Below, in pieces: positions 38,035 to 46,839 of a stretch of 64,000 nucleotides of DNA. The stretch lies in sequence record OQ174501.1. The stretch is one strand, 5' to 3'. Position numbers and translations under genes: made by a program. The first letter of the stretch is position 1. The number at the start of each line of letters is the position of its first letter. The notes below the pieces were generated by a model that ran no database searches, was not told where the DNA came from, and saw only the letters and a list, made by a program, of their open reading frames with translations. Source of the DNA: Escherichia phage REP2.

Positions 38035-38524
38035 CTTGACTAGTGAAATGAAGGTCAAAATTGCTGATACAGCAAGATACTCTTTAAAACAAAACCCGAA
38101 CCAGGATAAAGCAGAAGTTATTGAAAGATGTCGTATCGCGGTGTACGCAGAGTTTTTTGTAGCAGATTGGCTAAACGGGTATGTTAACAAAGGACAAGAG
38201 GATGTTAATGACCCGTATACATACGCATGGGATGTATTGGCGCATCCAAGATACTGCGGGCTTCGTGTAGAAGTTAAGACACATCAAACTGACTCGCGTT
38301 GGATTTCTGTAACAACAGGATGCAGCGGAGAGTATCCATACGGTTCTGGAATAAATCTAGGGCCCATTCTGAATCATCAGGTCGCTGACTGTATAATTAT
38401 ATTCAACACTAAAGAAATTCACCCAGGTGTCATCCAGTACACTCCGAAGTTCATCGGTGATAGAGAAGACCTTCGTAAGGTTGTAAGAAAAAGCAACTAC
38501 AACGGATGGTATCTTTCCATTTAA
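37967..38524 (+). CDS. denB: endonuclease IV DenB-like
   Basis: 185 aa, matching T4 denB size and position downstream of rIIB. Confidence 0.5.
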   Translation: MQKTNPGLQRLFQIPTFTLSNSDLTSEMKVKIADTARYSLKQNPNQDKAEVIERCRIAVYAEFFVADWLNGYVNKGQEDVNDPYTYAWDVLAHPRYCGLRVEVKTHQTDSRWISVTTGCSGEYPYGSGINLGPILNHQVADCIIIFNTKEIHPGVIQYTPKFIGDREDLRKVVRKSNYNGWYLSI

Positions 38525-38540
38525 AAATTTTCACAAAACG

Positions 38541-38570
38541 GTTTACATACCACAAGGACCGTGGTACTAT
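38541..38570 (+). promoter_or_regulatory. T4-type early promoter (cassette copy)
   Basis: gtttac, 18-bp spacer, tactat; roughly 85-bp similarity to 11372-11458. Confidence 0.5.
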
Positions 38571-38604
38571 ACAACTATCAACTGATACGGATTTGGAGAG
38601 TAAA

Positions 38605-38868
38605 ATGAAATTTAAATTTTATTATGCTAAGCATAAAATAACTGATGAGTTTGTGTCAGTTGAATATTCTAGCGATGATGAAGGCATGATTTATACTCGC
38701 TTAGGATTATCGCATTGGGAGTCCGATCAGCCTTATTTTTCAACTCCTGAAGAAATTACACGCTTAGTTAATGGTCATATGAATGACCACTGGAATGTAA
38801 TTCTTTCAGATAGTCTTAAAGCGGCTATTAATAGTAATGAAATGAAAATCGCTGAGATTGAACTATGA
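38605..38868 (+). CDS. hypothetical protein
   Basis: 87 aa from the ATG at 38605 with GGAG SD. Confidence 0.45.
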   Translation: MKFKFYYAKHKITDEFVSVEYSSDDEGMIYTRLGLSHWESDQPYFSTPEEITRLVNGHMNDHWNVILSDSLKAAINSNEMKIAEIEL

Positions 38869-38951
38869 GTTCACTATGGTGGTGTTTTGTTTGGTTAATT
38901 AGTATTCCAGTAATTTGTTTAACATTTACTTTTGTGATGAGGTTATTATGA
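38865..38951 (+). CDS. tiny hydrophobic peptide (28 aa)
   Basis: ATGA-coupled to the upstream stop; MSSLWWCFVWLISIPVICLTFTFVMRLL. Confidence 0.3.
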   Translation: MSSLWWCFVWLISIPVICLTFTFVMRLL

Positions 38952-39046
38952 AAATTTTTAATTCTGTACTTATTGCTTGTGCGTGGTGGGTTGCACAAGT
39001 TTCGGCAGTAGTGATTGGTATTCACATTTATTACGAATATTTTTAA
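38948..39046 (+). CDS. tiny hydrophobic peptide (32 aa)
   Basis: ATGA-coupled; MKIFNSVLIACAWWVAQVSAVVIGIHIYYEYF. Confidence 0.3.
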   Translation: MKIFNSVLIACAWWVAQVSAVVIGIHIYYEYF

Positions 39047-39053
39047 AAAAGTT

Positions 39054-39083
39054 GTTTACAAGACTGTTCTTCCGTGGTACTAT
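39054..39083 (+). promoter_or_regulatory. T4-type early promoter
   Basis: gtttacaagactgttcttccgtggtactat, a 30-bp near-identical copy of 11392-11421. Confidence 0.5.
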
Positions 39084-39111
39084 TACCCTATCAACTACGG
39101 AGGAACAGAAA

Positions 39112-39225
39112 ATGAAAAAGATTGTTAAAGCTATATGGAATGTAGTTATAATACTAATAGTTTTGAGTATATTCCCAATCGTTTTAATGATTGATGTATT
39201 AAACGCTTACTTTGGATTTATGTGA
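39112..39225 (+). CDS. tiny hydrophobic membrane peptide (37 aa)
   Basis: GGAGG SD; MKKIVKAIWNVVIILIVLSIFPIVLMIDVLNAYFGFM. Confidence 0.4.
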   Translation: MKKIVKAIWNVVIILIVLSIFPIVLMIDVLNAYFGFM

Positions 39226-39232
39226 GGAAAAT

Positions 39233-39430
39233 ATGAAGCGTAAAAGCACTGCGTTTACATTTATTGAATGGTTTTTCGATAATATTTTTCCGGCTTTATT
39301 CATTTTCATGCTGATTTTTGCCTTAGGTTCAGTTGTAGTTGGAATCTATTTGATGGCGGTAGTTGGAATGGACATTCATCAAAATGGTTTAAAATCCGTG
39401 GTTGAAACAATTTGGAATGGTGTAAAATGA
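39233..39430 (+). CDS. small membrane protein (65 aa)
   Basis: GAGGA SD; one long hydrophobic segment. Confidence 0.45.
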   Translation: MKRKSTAFTFIEWFFDNIFPALFIFMLIFALGSVVVGIYLMAVVGMDIHQNGLKSVVETIWNGVK

Positions 39431-39537
39431 TGAATTTGCTGAGCGGTTGGTTTTATATTCTTATGTTTTACATTGGCGCAAATTTCCCATATTGGATGGG
39501 ATGGTCAACAACTGCGTTTGGATTTTATACTCCTTGA
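39427..39537 (+). CDS. tiny hydrophobic peptide (36 aa)
   Basis: ATGA-coupled; MMNLLSGWFYILMFYIGANFPYWMGWSTTAFGFYTP. Confidence 0.3.
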   Translation: MMNLLSGWFYILMFYIGANFPYWMGWSTTAFGFYTP

Positions 39538-39545
39538 GGTGAATT

Positions 39546-39761
39546 ATGAAAATCTTTAAAGATGTAAAAGTTGGTGAAATTTTTTGTTTAGATAATGGTG
39601 ATCAGTTAATTCGTATTTCACCTCTTAAGAGCACTAGCGAGAAACCGACAGTTAATGCTACTTTAGCAAATAACAGTAATGAACGTTTCTGTATTGAAAA
39701 TGATACTGAAACTTATACTGTAGAAGAGTTTTGGGAATTGAGCGTCGACTGCGACGATTAA
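39546..39761 (+). CDS. hypothetical small protein
   Basis: 71 aa ORF with GAGG SD. Confidence 0.45.
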   Translation: MKIFKDVKVGEIFCLDNGDQLIRISPLKSTSEKPTVNATLANNSNERFCIENDTETYTVEEFWELSVDCDD

Positions 39762-39819
39762 TTTAATGGCCGCGTATTCATGCGGCCTTGGAGTAGAAAA
39801 TAATTTAGAGGAAATTAAT

Positions 39820-40278
39820 ATGAAATACATGACTGTTACTGATCTGAACAACGCAGGCGCTACTGTTATTGGTACAATCAAGGGTGGTGAGTGGTTTTTA
39901 GGAACTCCGCATAAAGATATTTTATCTAAACCTGGATTTTACTTTTTAGTAAGTAAATTAGATGGTCGTCCATTTAGTAATCCATGTGTGTCTGCACGAT
40001 TTTATGTAGGTAATCAGCGTTCTAAGCAAGGATTCAGTACAGTTCTAAGTCATATTCGTCAACGTCGGTCTCAGCTTGCACGTACTATTGCAAATAACAA
40101 TATGGTATACACAGTATTTTATCTGCCTGCTTCTAAGATGAAACCTCTGACGACAGGATTTGGTAAAGGTCAGTTAGCTTTGGCGTTTACCCGTAATCAT
40201 CATTCCGAGTATCAAACACTTGAAGAAATGAACCGTATGTTGGCTGATAACTTTAAATTCGTTTTGCAGGCATATTAA
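39820..40278 (+). CDS. ndd: Ndd-like protein (nucleoid disruption; assigned by size and position immediately upstream of stp)
   Basis: 152 aa from the ATG at 39820 with GAGGA SD. Confidence 0.4.
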
Positions 40279-40358
40279 TGAGTAATTTCCACAACGAACA
40301 CGTGATGCAGTTCTATCGTAATAATCTTAAAACTAAAGGCGTCTTCGGACGCCAGTGA
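40278..40358 (+). CDS. stp: Stp peptide (26 aa activator/modulator of the host PrrC anticodon nuclease system)
   Basis: 26-codon [32 protein letters not shown] overlapping the upstream stop; matches the size and position of T4 stp. Confidence 0.65.
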
Positions 40359-40365
40359 GGAAAAT

Positions 40366-40524
40366 ATGAATATTGCAAAATTATTAGGAGTTATTTCATT
40401 TATTTGTTGGATAGTAGCATGTGTTTTAACTATCTGTATTGATGCCAGCAGTGTGTTTTCGCAAGCTTTAGCTCAGGGTATGTGTGCATATTTAACATTT
40501 GTGTTGTTATCTACTAATGATTAA
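40366..40524 (+). CDS. ac: Ac-like small membrane protein (acridine sensitivity locus position)
   Basis: 52 aa hydrophobic ORF between stp and gene 52. Confidence 0.4.
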   Translation: MNIAKLLGVISFICWIVACVLTICIDASSVFSQALAQGMCAYLTFVLLSTND

Positions 40525-40657
40525 GAAAATCTTGGGCTATTCATTAGCCCTTGCTATTTTATTGATAGCATTATATTACGGAATAATGTTCGGATTAATT
40601 CAAGTCGTGCTTTTCATTTCTGATGTTATTATGGCACTACATTCACTAGTATGGTAA
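40517..40657 (+). CDS. tiny hydrophobic membrane peptide (46 aa)
   Basis: ATG overlaps the previous stop; MIKKILGYSLALAILLIALYYGIMFGLIQVVLFISDVIMALHSLVW. Confidence 0.35.
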   Translation: MIKKILGYSLALAILLIALYYGIMFGLIQVVLFISDVIMALHSLVW

Positions 40658-40661
40658 ATTT

Positions 40662-41990
40662 ATGCAACTGAATAATCGTGATTTAAAAAGTATCATTGAT
40701 AATGAAGCATTGGCTTATGCTATGTACACGGTTGAAAATCGTGCTATCCCAAATATGATTGATGGATTTAAGCCAGTTCAACGATTTGTTATTGCTCGAG
40801 CTCTTGATTTGGCACGAGGAAATAAAGATAAGTTTCACAAACTCGCTTCTATTGCAGGTGGTGTAGCAGACCTTGGATATCATCATGGTGAAAACTCTGC
40901 ACAAGACGCAGGTGCTTTGATGGCTAATACTTGGAATAATAACTTTCCTCTGTTAGATGGTCAAGGAAACTTTGGTTCTCGTACCGTTCAAAAAGCAGCG
41001 GCAAGTCGTTATATTTTTGCTCGTGTAAGTAAAAATTTCTATAGCGTATATAAAGATACTGAATATGCTCCGGTACATCAAGATAAAGAACACATTCCGC
41101 CTGCTTTCTATTTGCCTATTATTCCTACTGTTCTTCTTAATGGTGTTTCCGGTATTGCAACTGGTTATGCAACTTATATTCTTCCTCATAGTGTTTCTTC
41201 TGTCAAGAAAGCTGTATTGCAAGCTCTTCAAGGAAAGAAAGTAACTAAACCGAAGGTAGAATTTCCAGAATTTCGCGGTGAAGTCGTTGAAATTGACGGT
41301 CAATATGAAATTCGTGGAACGTACAAGTTTACTTCACGAACTCAAATGCATATCACTGAGATTCCGTATAAGTATGATCGTGAAACTTACGTGAGCAAAA
41401 TTTTAGACCCGCTTGAAGATAAAGGCTTTATTACGTGGGATGATGCTTGCGGTGAGCATGGGTTTGGCTTTAAAGTTAAATTCCGTAAAGAATACTCTTT
41501 GAGCGATAACGAAGAAGAACGCCATGCAAAAATTATGAAAGACTTCGGGTTGATTGAGCGTCGTTCCCAGAATATTACCGTCATTAATGAGAAAGGAAAG
41601 CTGCAAGTTTACGATAATGTAGTTGATTTAATCAAAGACTTCGTTGAAGTTCGTAAAACTTATGTCCAAAAACGAATTGATAACAAAATCAAAGAAACTG
41701 AATCAGCATTTCGTTTAGCCTTTGCCAAGGCGCATTTCATTAAGAAAGTAATTTCAGGTGAAATTGTTGTGCAGGGTAAAACTCGCAAAGAACTGACCGA
41801 AGAACTTTCTAAAATTGATATGTATTCTTCTTATGTTGATAAACTAGTCGGAATGAATATTTTTCATATGACTTCCGACGAAGCAAAGAAACTTGCTGAA
41901 GAAGCTAAAGCTAAGAAAGAAGAAAACGAATATTGGAAAACTACTGATGTAGTTACCGAATACACTAAAGATTTAGAGGAAATCAAATGA
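40662..41990 (+). CDS. 52: DNA topoisomerase II medium subunit gp52 (GyrA-like)
   Basis: 442 aa; GyrA-type breakage-reunion domain. Confidence 0.9.
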   Translation: MQLNNRDLKSIIDNEALAYAMYTVENRAIPNMIDGFKPVQRFVIARALDLARGNKDKFHKLASIAGGVADLGYHHGENSAQDAGALMANTWNNNFPLLDGQGNFGSRTVQKAAASRYIFARVSKNFYSVYKDTEYAPVHQDKEHIPPAFYLPIIPTVLLNGVSGIATGYATYILPHSVSSVKKAVLQALQGKKVTKPKVEFPEFRGEVVEIDGQYEIRGTYKFTSRTQMHITEIPYKYDRETYVSKILDPLEDKGFITWDDACGEHGFGFKVKFRKEYSLSDNEEERHAKIMKDFGLIERRSQNITVINEKGKLQVYDNVVDLIKDFVEVRKTYVQKRIDNKIKETESAFRLAFAKAHFIKKVISGEIVVQGKTRKELTEELSKIDMYSSYVDKLVGMNIFHMTSDEAKKLAEEAKAKKEENEYWKTTDVVTEYTKDLEEIK

Positions 41991-42136
41991 GTCCATTCAT
42001 AGGTATTACAAGCGCTGCATTAGTATCTGGTGGCATTTTACTGGCGGGTTTAGGTGTTGTTCCTGCCGTAGCAGGAGGTCTTCTTGCGTTCGGAATTCAA
42101 CGTGTTATCATGATAGTTATCACAGTCATGCAGTAA
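41987..42136 (+). CDS. tiny hydrophobic membrane peptide (49 aa)
   Basis: ATGA-coupled to the gene 52 stop; glycine-zipper-like GGILLAGLGVVPAVAGGLLAFG. Confidence 0.35.
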   Translation: MSPFIGITSAALVSGGILLAGLGVVPAVAGGLLAFGIQRVIMIVITVMQ

Positions 42137-42140
42137 TTTT

Positions 42141-42167
42141 AGGGAGAGCCTCGGCTCTCCCTTTTTT
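42141..42167 (+). terminator. rho-independent terminator (GGGAGAGCC...GGCUCUCCC plus U6)
   Basis: agggagagcctcggctctccctttttt. Confidence 0.75.
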
Positions 42168-42191
42168 ATTTTAAAATTTTTTCACAAAACG

Positions 42192-42221
42192 GTTTACAAC
42201 CAAAGCATACTGTGGTACTAT
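42192..42221 (+). promoter_or_regulatory. T4-type early promoter (cassette copy)
   Basis: gtttac, 18-bp spacer, tactat; leader ctatcaaataaatgaactgaaac repeated at 42567-42590. Confidence 0.5.
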
Positions 42222-42270
42222 ACAACTATCAAATAAATGAACTGAAACAAACAACCCGGAGATACAAAAA

Positions 42271-42498
42271 ATGAAATTTAAAATCGAAAACGAAATCGTT
42301 AAAGCTAAAAATGCTCTGACTGCTAACAAACTGGTTGTAGATGGTATTGAATATGATATCTGTGGAGTTCGTGAAGAAAAACCTGGTGTTCTGACTTTCT
42401 TCACAATGATTTTTAAATTTAAAGGTGACACAGAATTCAAACAGTTTGATTTTGCCCATGAAGACGAAATCGAAGTTCGTAATCTGAACATTAAGTAA
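42271..42498 (+). CDS. hypothetical small protein (motA.1-like position)
   Basis: 75 aa ORF. Confidence 0.45.
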   Translation: MKFKIENEIVKAKNALTANKLVVDGIEYDICGVREEKPGVLTFFTMIFKFKGDTEFKQFDFAHEDEIEVRNLNIK

Positions 42499-42537
42499 GT
42501 ACTTTATTAGAGCTCTTGAAAAAGAGTGCAAAAAAGT

Positions 42538-42566
42538 GTTTACTTCTGCTTTAAACATGATACTAT
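42538..42566 (+). promoter_or_regulatory. T4-type early promoter for motA
   Basis: gtttac, 17-bp spacer, tactat. Confidence 0.5.
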
Positions 42567-42603
42567 AGACCTATCAAATAAATGAACTGAAACGGAGATT
42601 AAA

Positions 42604-43239
42604 ATGTCTAAAGTAACTTACATCATCAAAGCTTCTAACGATGTTCTGAATGAAAAAACTGCTGCGATTTTAATTACCATTGCTAAGAAAGATTTCATTA
42701 CAGCCGCAGAAGTTCGTGAGGTGCATCCAGATTTAGGTAATGCAGTAGTTAATAGTAATATTGGGGTATTGATTAAAAAAGGCCTGGTGGAGAAATCTGG
42801 TGATGGATTAATCATTACTGGTGAAGCTCAGGATATTATTTCAAATGCAGCAACTTTATACGCACAGGAAAACGCTCCGGAACTGCTGAAAAAACGAGCA
42901 ACTCGTAAAGCTCGCGAAATTACTTCTGATATGGAAGAAGATAAAGACTTCATGTTAAAACTTTTAGATGAAAATGGATTTGTTCTTAAAAAGGTTGAAA
43001 CTTACCGCAGTAACTATCTCGCTATTTTAGAAAAACGCACTCACGGAATTCGTAATTTTGAAATTAACAACAATGGAAATATGCGAATTTTTGGATACAA
43101 AATGATGGAACATCATATTCAGAAATTTACTGATATCGGAATGTCATGTAAAATCGCTAAAAACGGTAATGTGTATCTTGACATTAAACGCTCGGTAGAA
43201 AACATTGAAGCTGTAATCACTGTAGCATCTGAACTGTGA
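42604..43239 (+). CDS. motA: middle transcription activator MotA
   Basis: 211 aa; size and position match T4 motA. Confidence 0.8.
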   Translation: MSKVTYIIKASNDVLNEKTAAILITIAKKDFITAAEVREVHPDLGNAVVNSNIGVLIKKGLVEKSGDGLIITGEAQDIISNAATLYAQENAPELLKKRATRKAREITSDMEEDKDFMLKLLDENGFVLKKVETYRSNYLAILEKRTHGIRNFEINNNGNMRIFGYKMMEHHIQKFTDIGMSCKIAKNGNVYLDIKRSVENIEAVITVASEL

Positions 43240-43249
43240 GGAATAAATA

Positions 43250-43579
43250 ATGAACAAGTTAGAAATTGTCAATGAACTTCGTCGTTGTGCAGAACCCACT
43301 CAAGAGGGGTGGGACATCTGGTACCATGGAGCTTATCTTGGAACTATCGTAAAGATTAAGACTGGTAAATACATGATTATTCGTGAAAGTAAAGATGCTC
43401 CAGTAGGTATTCGCAATAATTTTATGGCAGCGATAAGTTCATTTACGGATGCAGCTTACGAAATTTACCTTGCTGATTATAAAGAATTCCAGGAATCTCA
43501 ACCAGTTATTCGTTCAATTGGTGTTAACAAAGCTCAACAGAAAACTTTGTGGCAGCGTATTAAAGGATGGTTTAAATGA
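43250..43579 (+). CDS. hypothetical protein
   Basis: 109 aa ORF. Confidence 0.45.
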   Translation: MNKLEIVNELRRCAEPTQEGWDIWYHGAYLGTIVKIKTGKYMIIRESKDAPVGIRNNFMAAISSFTDAAYEIYLADYKEFQESQPVIRSIGVNKAQQKTLWQRIKGWFK

Positions 43580-44040
43580 AAACATTTGAAGAAAGACTTG
43601 AAATGCTAAACGTTGCATTATCTCGTGAGACTCCAGAGAGTTTAGCCGAAAAATTTAAATCAGCAGGTTATACTAATTATACGGAAGAAGATGTTCTGAA
43701 AGAAGTTCCTGAAATCTGTTGGCAGCCTGCATACTGGGATGAAAACCAAAAGTATCAACGACGAATTGTATGTGCTGCTAATCGGTTTAAATTAAAGGAT
43801 GGTGGAACTCTTGTTATTCCTGGTGCTCGTCATTATTCTAAAGATATGGCAGCAGTTTTAGATGTAGTTAAACCTCAATTAGTTACTCAACAAGTTTGTG
43901 ATGATGACCAAGGGTTTATTGACCAATATAGTAATTATTGGACACGTGAAGAAGCAATGATTATTGCAACTTACGCTGGACAAGTACGTATTGAACGTGG
44001 TGGTAGTGAAAAAGAACTTTACTCTGAGGACCTTTACTAA
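43576..44040 (+). CDS. hypothetical protein
   Basis: 154 aa ORF. Confidence 0.5.
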   Translation: MKTFEERLEMLNVALSRETPESLAEKFKSAGYTNYTEEDVLKEVPEICWQPAYWDENQKYQRRIVCAANRFKLKDGGTLVIPGARHYSKDMAAVLDVVKPQLVTQQVCDDDQGFIDQYSNYWTREEAMIIATYAGQVRIERGGSEKELYSEDLY

Positions 44041-44336
44041 TGAATATTAAAAAGTTTCAAATTGATGGAATTATGAATCAAATCCAGGCGCTGGAATATG
44101 CCAATAAAATGATGTCAACTAATTGGGGAATTTATACCAATGAACCGGGATTTAAATTCTGTGATATGGAATTAACTAAAAAGCTCGTAGGAAAAGATTA
44201 TGTATGTCCATTTAGTTCTCCAGTAAATGGAATGTTAAAACCTGCTTTACGCGATCTTTATATTGCGATGAACGAAGAAATGATAAAAGAATTAAAACGT
44301 CAACTGAAGGTGATTCAATTTGGCCAGGGAAATTAA
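44040..44336 (+). CDS. hypothetical protein
   Basis: 98 aa ORF. Confidence 0.45.
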   Translation: MNIKKFQIDGIMNQIQALEYANKMMSTNWGIYTNEPGFKFCDMELTKKLVGKDYVCPFSSPVNGMLKPALRDLYIAMNEEMIKELKRQLKVIQFGQGN

Positions 44337-44538
44337 TTCAAAATCTGACTATTTTAATTCTCTCAATGATAAAGATAAAAATCTAATACGGCATTTTATT
44401 GTTGAGATGGGATATATTGATACACGTGATTTAAGAGAACATATATTTGAATGTGGTGTAGCTAAAAAGTTTTCATTCACATGCAAATGTTTGAGAGAGG
44501 TAATTCAGCACTATGAACAATTTAGTCGCAAAACATAA
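44320..44538 (+). CDS. hypothetical small protein
   Basis: 72 aa ORF. Confidence 0.35.
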   Translation: MAREINSKSDYFNSLNDKDKNLIRHFIVEMGYIDTRDLREHIFECGVAKKFSFTCKCLREVIQHYEQFSRKT

Positions 44539-44621
44539 TTTTAATAAAGCTTCTGTTCATAAGGATAAGAAGAAAGCGTTTAAAGAATCTAATCGCAAAC
44601 AGAAACATAAGGGGAAGGTCT

Positions 44622-44900
44622 ATGATTATTGATTCTCAATCTGTGGTTCAATACACAATCAAAATTGATATTCTAGAAAAGCTATATAAGTTTCTACCAA
44701 ATTTATACCACTCAATTGTTAATGAATTAATTGAAGAACTACATCTTGAGAATAATGATTTCTTGATTGGAACTTATAAAGACCTCTCAAAAGCAGGATA
44801 TTTTTACGTAATTCCAGCTCCAGGAAAAAGTATTGATGATGTATTAAAAACTATAATGATTTATGTCCATGATTATGAAATTGAAGATTATTTCGAATGA
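44622..44900 (+). CDS. arn: Arn-like acidic protein (anti-restriction DNA mimic position)
   Basis: 92 aa acidic ORF adjacent to asiA. Confidence 0.5.
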   Translation: MIIDSQSVVQYTIKIDILEKLYKFLPNLYHSIVNELIEELHLENNDFLIGTYKDLSKAGYFYVIPAPGKSIDDVLKTIMIYVHDYEIEDYFE

Positions 44901-45049
44901 GTCATAATCTTGAAAAAGTAATCGAGCATAATGTAGCTCAGGAACGCGAGTCGTTCAAGGAATTCGTAGAAAAAATTTTTGAAGAAAATAACACAGACCA
45001 GTTTACAAATCAAGCGTCTGATGATATTATAATAAAGTCAACTAATTGA
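44897..45049 (+). CDS. hypothetical small acidic protein
   Basis: 50 aa ORF, ATGA-coupled to the arn stop. Confidence 0.3.
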   Translation: MSHNLEKVIEHNVAQERESFKEFVEKIFEENNTDQFTNQASDDIIIKSTN

Positions 45050-45061
45050 GTGGTATAGTTA

Positions 45062-45334
45062 ATGAATAAAAACATTGATACAGTTCGTGAAATTATTACT
45101 GTTGCGTCTATTTTGATTAAATTTTCCAGAGAAGATATTGTTGAAAATCGTGCTAATTTTATTGCATTTCTGAATGAGATTGGAGTAACGCATGAAGGTA
45201 GAAAGTTAAATCAGAATTCATTCCGTAAAATTGTTTCTGAATTAACCCAAGAAGATAAGAAAACCCTCATCGACGAATTCAACGAGGGTTTTGAGGGTGT
45301 ATATCGATATCTAGAGATGTATACAAACAAATAA
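45062..45334 (+). CDS. asiA: anti-sigma70 factor AsiA
   Basis: 90 aa; size and position match T4 asiA. Confidence 0.8.
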   Translation: MNKNIDTVREIITVASILIKFSREDIVENRANFIAFLNEIGVTHEGRKLNQNSFRKIVSELTQEDKKTLIDEFNEGFEGVYRYLEMYTNK

Positions 45335-45991
45335 TTATTTAGCCCTTCCTAATATTCTGGCCGCCTGAGAACATATTGATTCAAGGCGGTCATTACTTAT
45401 ATGATCATTTCTATACCAGTACATGGTTATTGTTCCAGCATAGATATTATCCAAATTGAAATATGGACAACTGTACATGTAATTTATTTCGGGAGTAGGC
45501 TTTTTAGTTGGTAAAAAAGCAAATTTTGAGTCGGAATAATAATGACGTCCATTTAAATGAACTGCATATTCATCCATAGTTTTATCAACAGGATATCCTC
45601 CAAGTGATTTTTCGCTTATTGTTGAAGGTAATTTTCCTTCGTATGCTATAATATCAACAAAATAGTTTAAGTTTTTAGGGCGGAAAGAATATACCGCACT
45701 AAAGTCTGCCTCAGATGATATATGAACTATCTGGAGTTGTTCCAGGGCGACAGATTCAAAGCGTGCATTTCTTTCCTTTTCAATAATTTCGCTGTATGTT
45801 TCATACTTTGATTGCTTATAGTACTCAAAGAAACTATCTCCCCTATACCAAACAATCGCCATTATAAACAAAAGAATTACGACAGCTACCCGGGAAGCAA
45901 GAACTTTCCCGGTAGCATTATCTTTGAACAAGCGATCTAGAACACCAAATAGAATATCAGAGGGCGAAAATGATATTCTAGGTGCTGCCAT
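45335..45991 (-). CDS. t: holin T
   Basis: 218 aa; single N-terminal TM segment and large periplasmic domain; adjacent to gene 38. Confidence 0.85.
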   Translation of the reverse strand: MAAPRISFSPSDILFGVLDRLFKDNATGKVLASRVAVVILLFIMAIVWYRGDSFFEYYKQSKYETYSEIIEKERNARFESVALEQLQIVHISSEADFSAVYSFRPKNLNYFVDIIAYEGKLPSTISEKSLGGYPVDKTMDEYAVHLNGRHYYSDSKFAFLPTKKPTPEINYMYSCPYFNLDNIYAGTITMYWYRNDHISNDRLESICSQAARILGRAK

Positions 45992-46021
45992 AGACCCTCC
46001 TTTTAAGGGTATTTATTCACA

Positions 46022-46804
46022 TTATACTCTTGGACCATATATTGCTCCAACATTTTGCCATGTTGGAGCGGACCCTATGACAGCATAACCAGCAGCACCG
46101 CCATCATATTCAGATCCTTGACCGCGAATATTGCATCTACCTCCCGCGGAACCTACTTCACCACCGTTTCCGCCATTATAGATACCATTCACGGATCCTG
46201 AGCCAGGTGCAGAAATAGTACCACCAGTCGCGCCTGATTGCATATCAATAGATCCGCCTGGCGCACCAAAAGGACGACCGCCACCGCCGCCAAAGGTCAA
46301 TCTCATTTGTGAAAAAGGAGAATAATATCCGCCGCCACCGCCACCGCCGCCGCCTGCAATAGCTCCGCCATTATTAATTCTTAGTCTCCCACCAATATCG
46401 TTTTGAATACAATGACCCCCAGCTGAGCCAGGACTATTGCTACCACCATTACCTCCACGACCATACATCGTTACGCCATGTATATTTAACTGAACATATT
46501 CATTTGGTGTATCTCCGTACATGAAGAATAAAGGAACATCTTTAGAATATGATACTAAATCACCTGTAATATTAAACACTATAGGTGCACTACCGGCCTC
46601 AAAACATCTATCTCGGAACCATTGACCATTGAAGTTATGGTCTGCTCCAAGTGTATGAATAATTTCTCGTGAGCGACCTGCAAATTGACTCATCCAGCAA
46701 GGAACACCCAATCTTAATTGACCAGCCGCTTGACTCATCCATCGTTGCCCTGTTTCATTTGCGGCTGAACTTCCAATCCAACCAGGAACACCAACTACTG
46801 CCAT
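46022..46804 (-). CDS. 38: gp38 long-tail-fibre tip adhesin, T2/T6 type with glycine-rich motifs
   Basis: 260 aa; poly-Gly runs (GGGGGGGGG, GGGGG) separating variable segments; downstream of gene 37. Confidence 0.8.
   Translation of the reverse strand: MAVVGVPGWIGSSAANETGQRWMSQAAGQLRLGVPCWMSQFAGRSREIIHTLGADHNFNGQWFRDRCFEAGSAPIVFNITGDLVSYSKDVPLFFMYGDTPNEYVQLNIHGVTMYGRGGNGGSNSPGSAGGHCIQNDIGGRLRINNGGAIAGGGGGGGGGYYSPFSQMRLTFGGGGGRPFGAPGGSIDMQSGATGGTISAPGSGSVNGIYNGGNGGEVGSAGGRCNIRGQGSEYDGGAAGYAVIGSAPTWQNVGAIYGPRV
46085..46459 (-). repeat. glycine-rich motif region of gp38 (GGN-type low-complexity coding repeats)
   Basis: runs such as ccgccaccgccaccgccgccgcc on the plus strand encode poly-Gly. 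Confidence 0.6.
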
Positions 46805-46839
46805 AATTTATCTCCAAAGGGGGCGTTGCCCCCTTGTTG

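Noticed and set aside
38977-39111. Long N-terminal extension of ORF 38977-39225
   Set aside because: The extension spans an early promoter and has no RBS; the real start is the ATG at 39112, preceded by GGAGG
46010-46017. AATAAATA on the minus strand upstream of holin t, considered as a late promoter
   Set aside because: One mismatch to the TATAAATA late consensus at the critical first position, and the implied leader is very short; not called
46320-46350. Short GC-rich direct repeats (ccgccaccgccaccgccgccgcc) considered as a possible CRISPR or other repeat array
   Set aside because: They are GGN codons encoding the poly-glycine tracts of gp38 on the minus strand; no spacer-repeat periodicity
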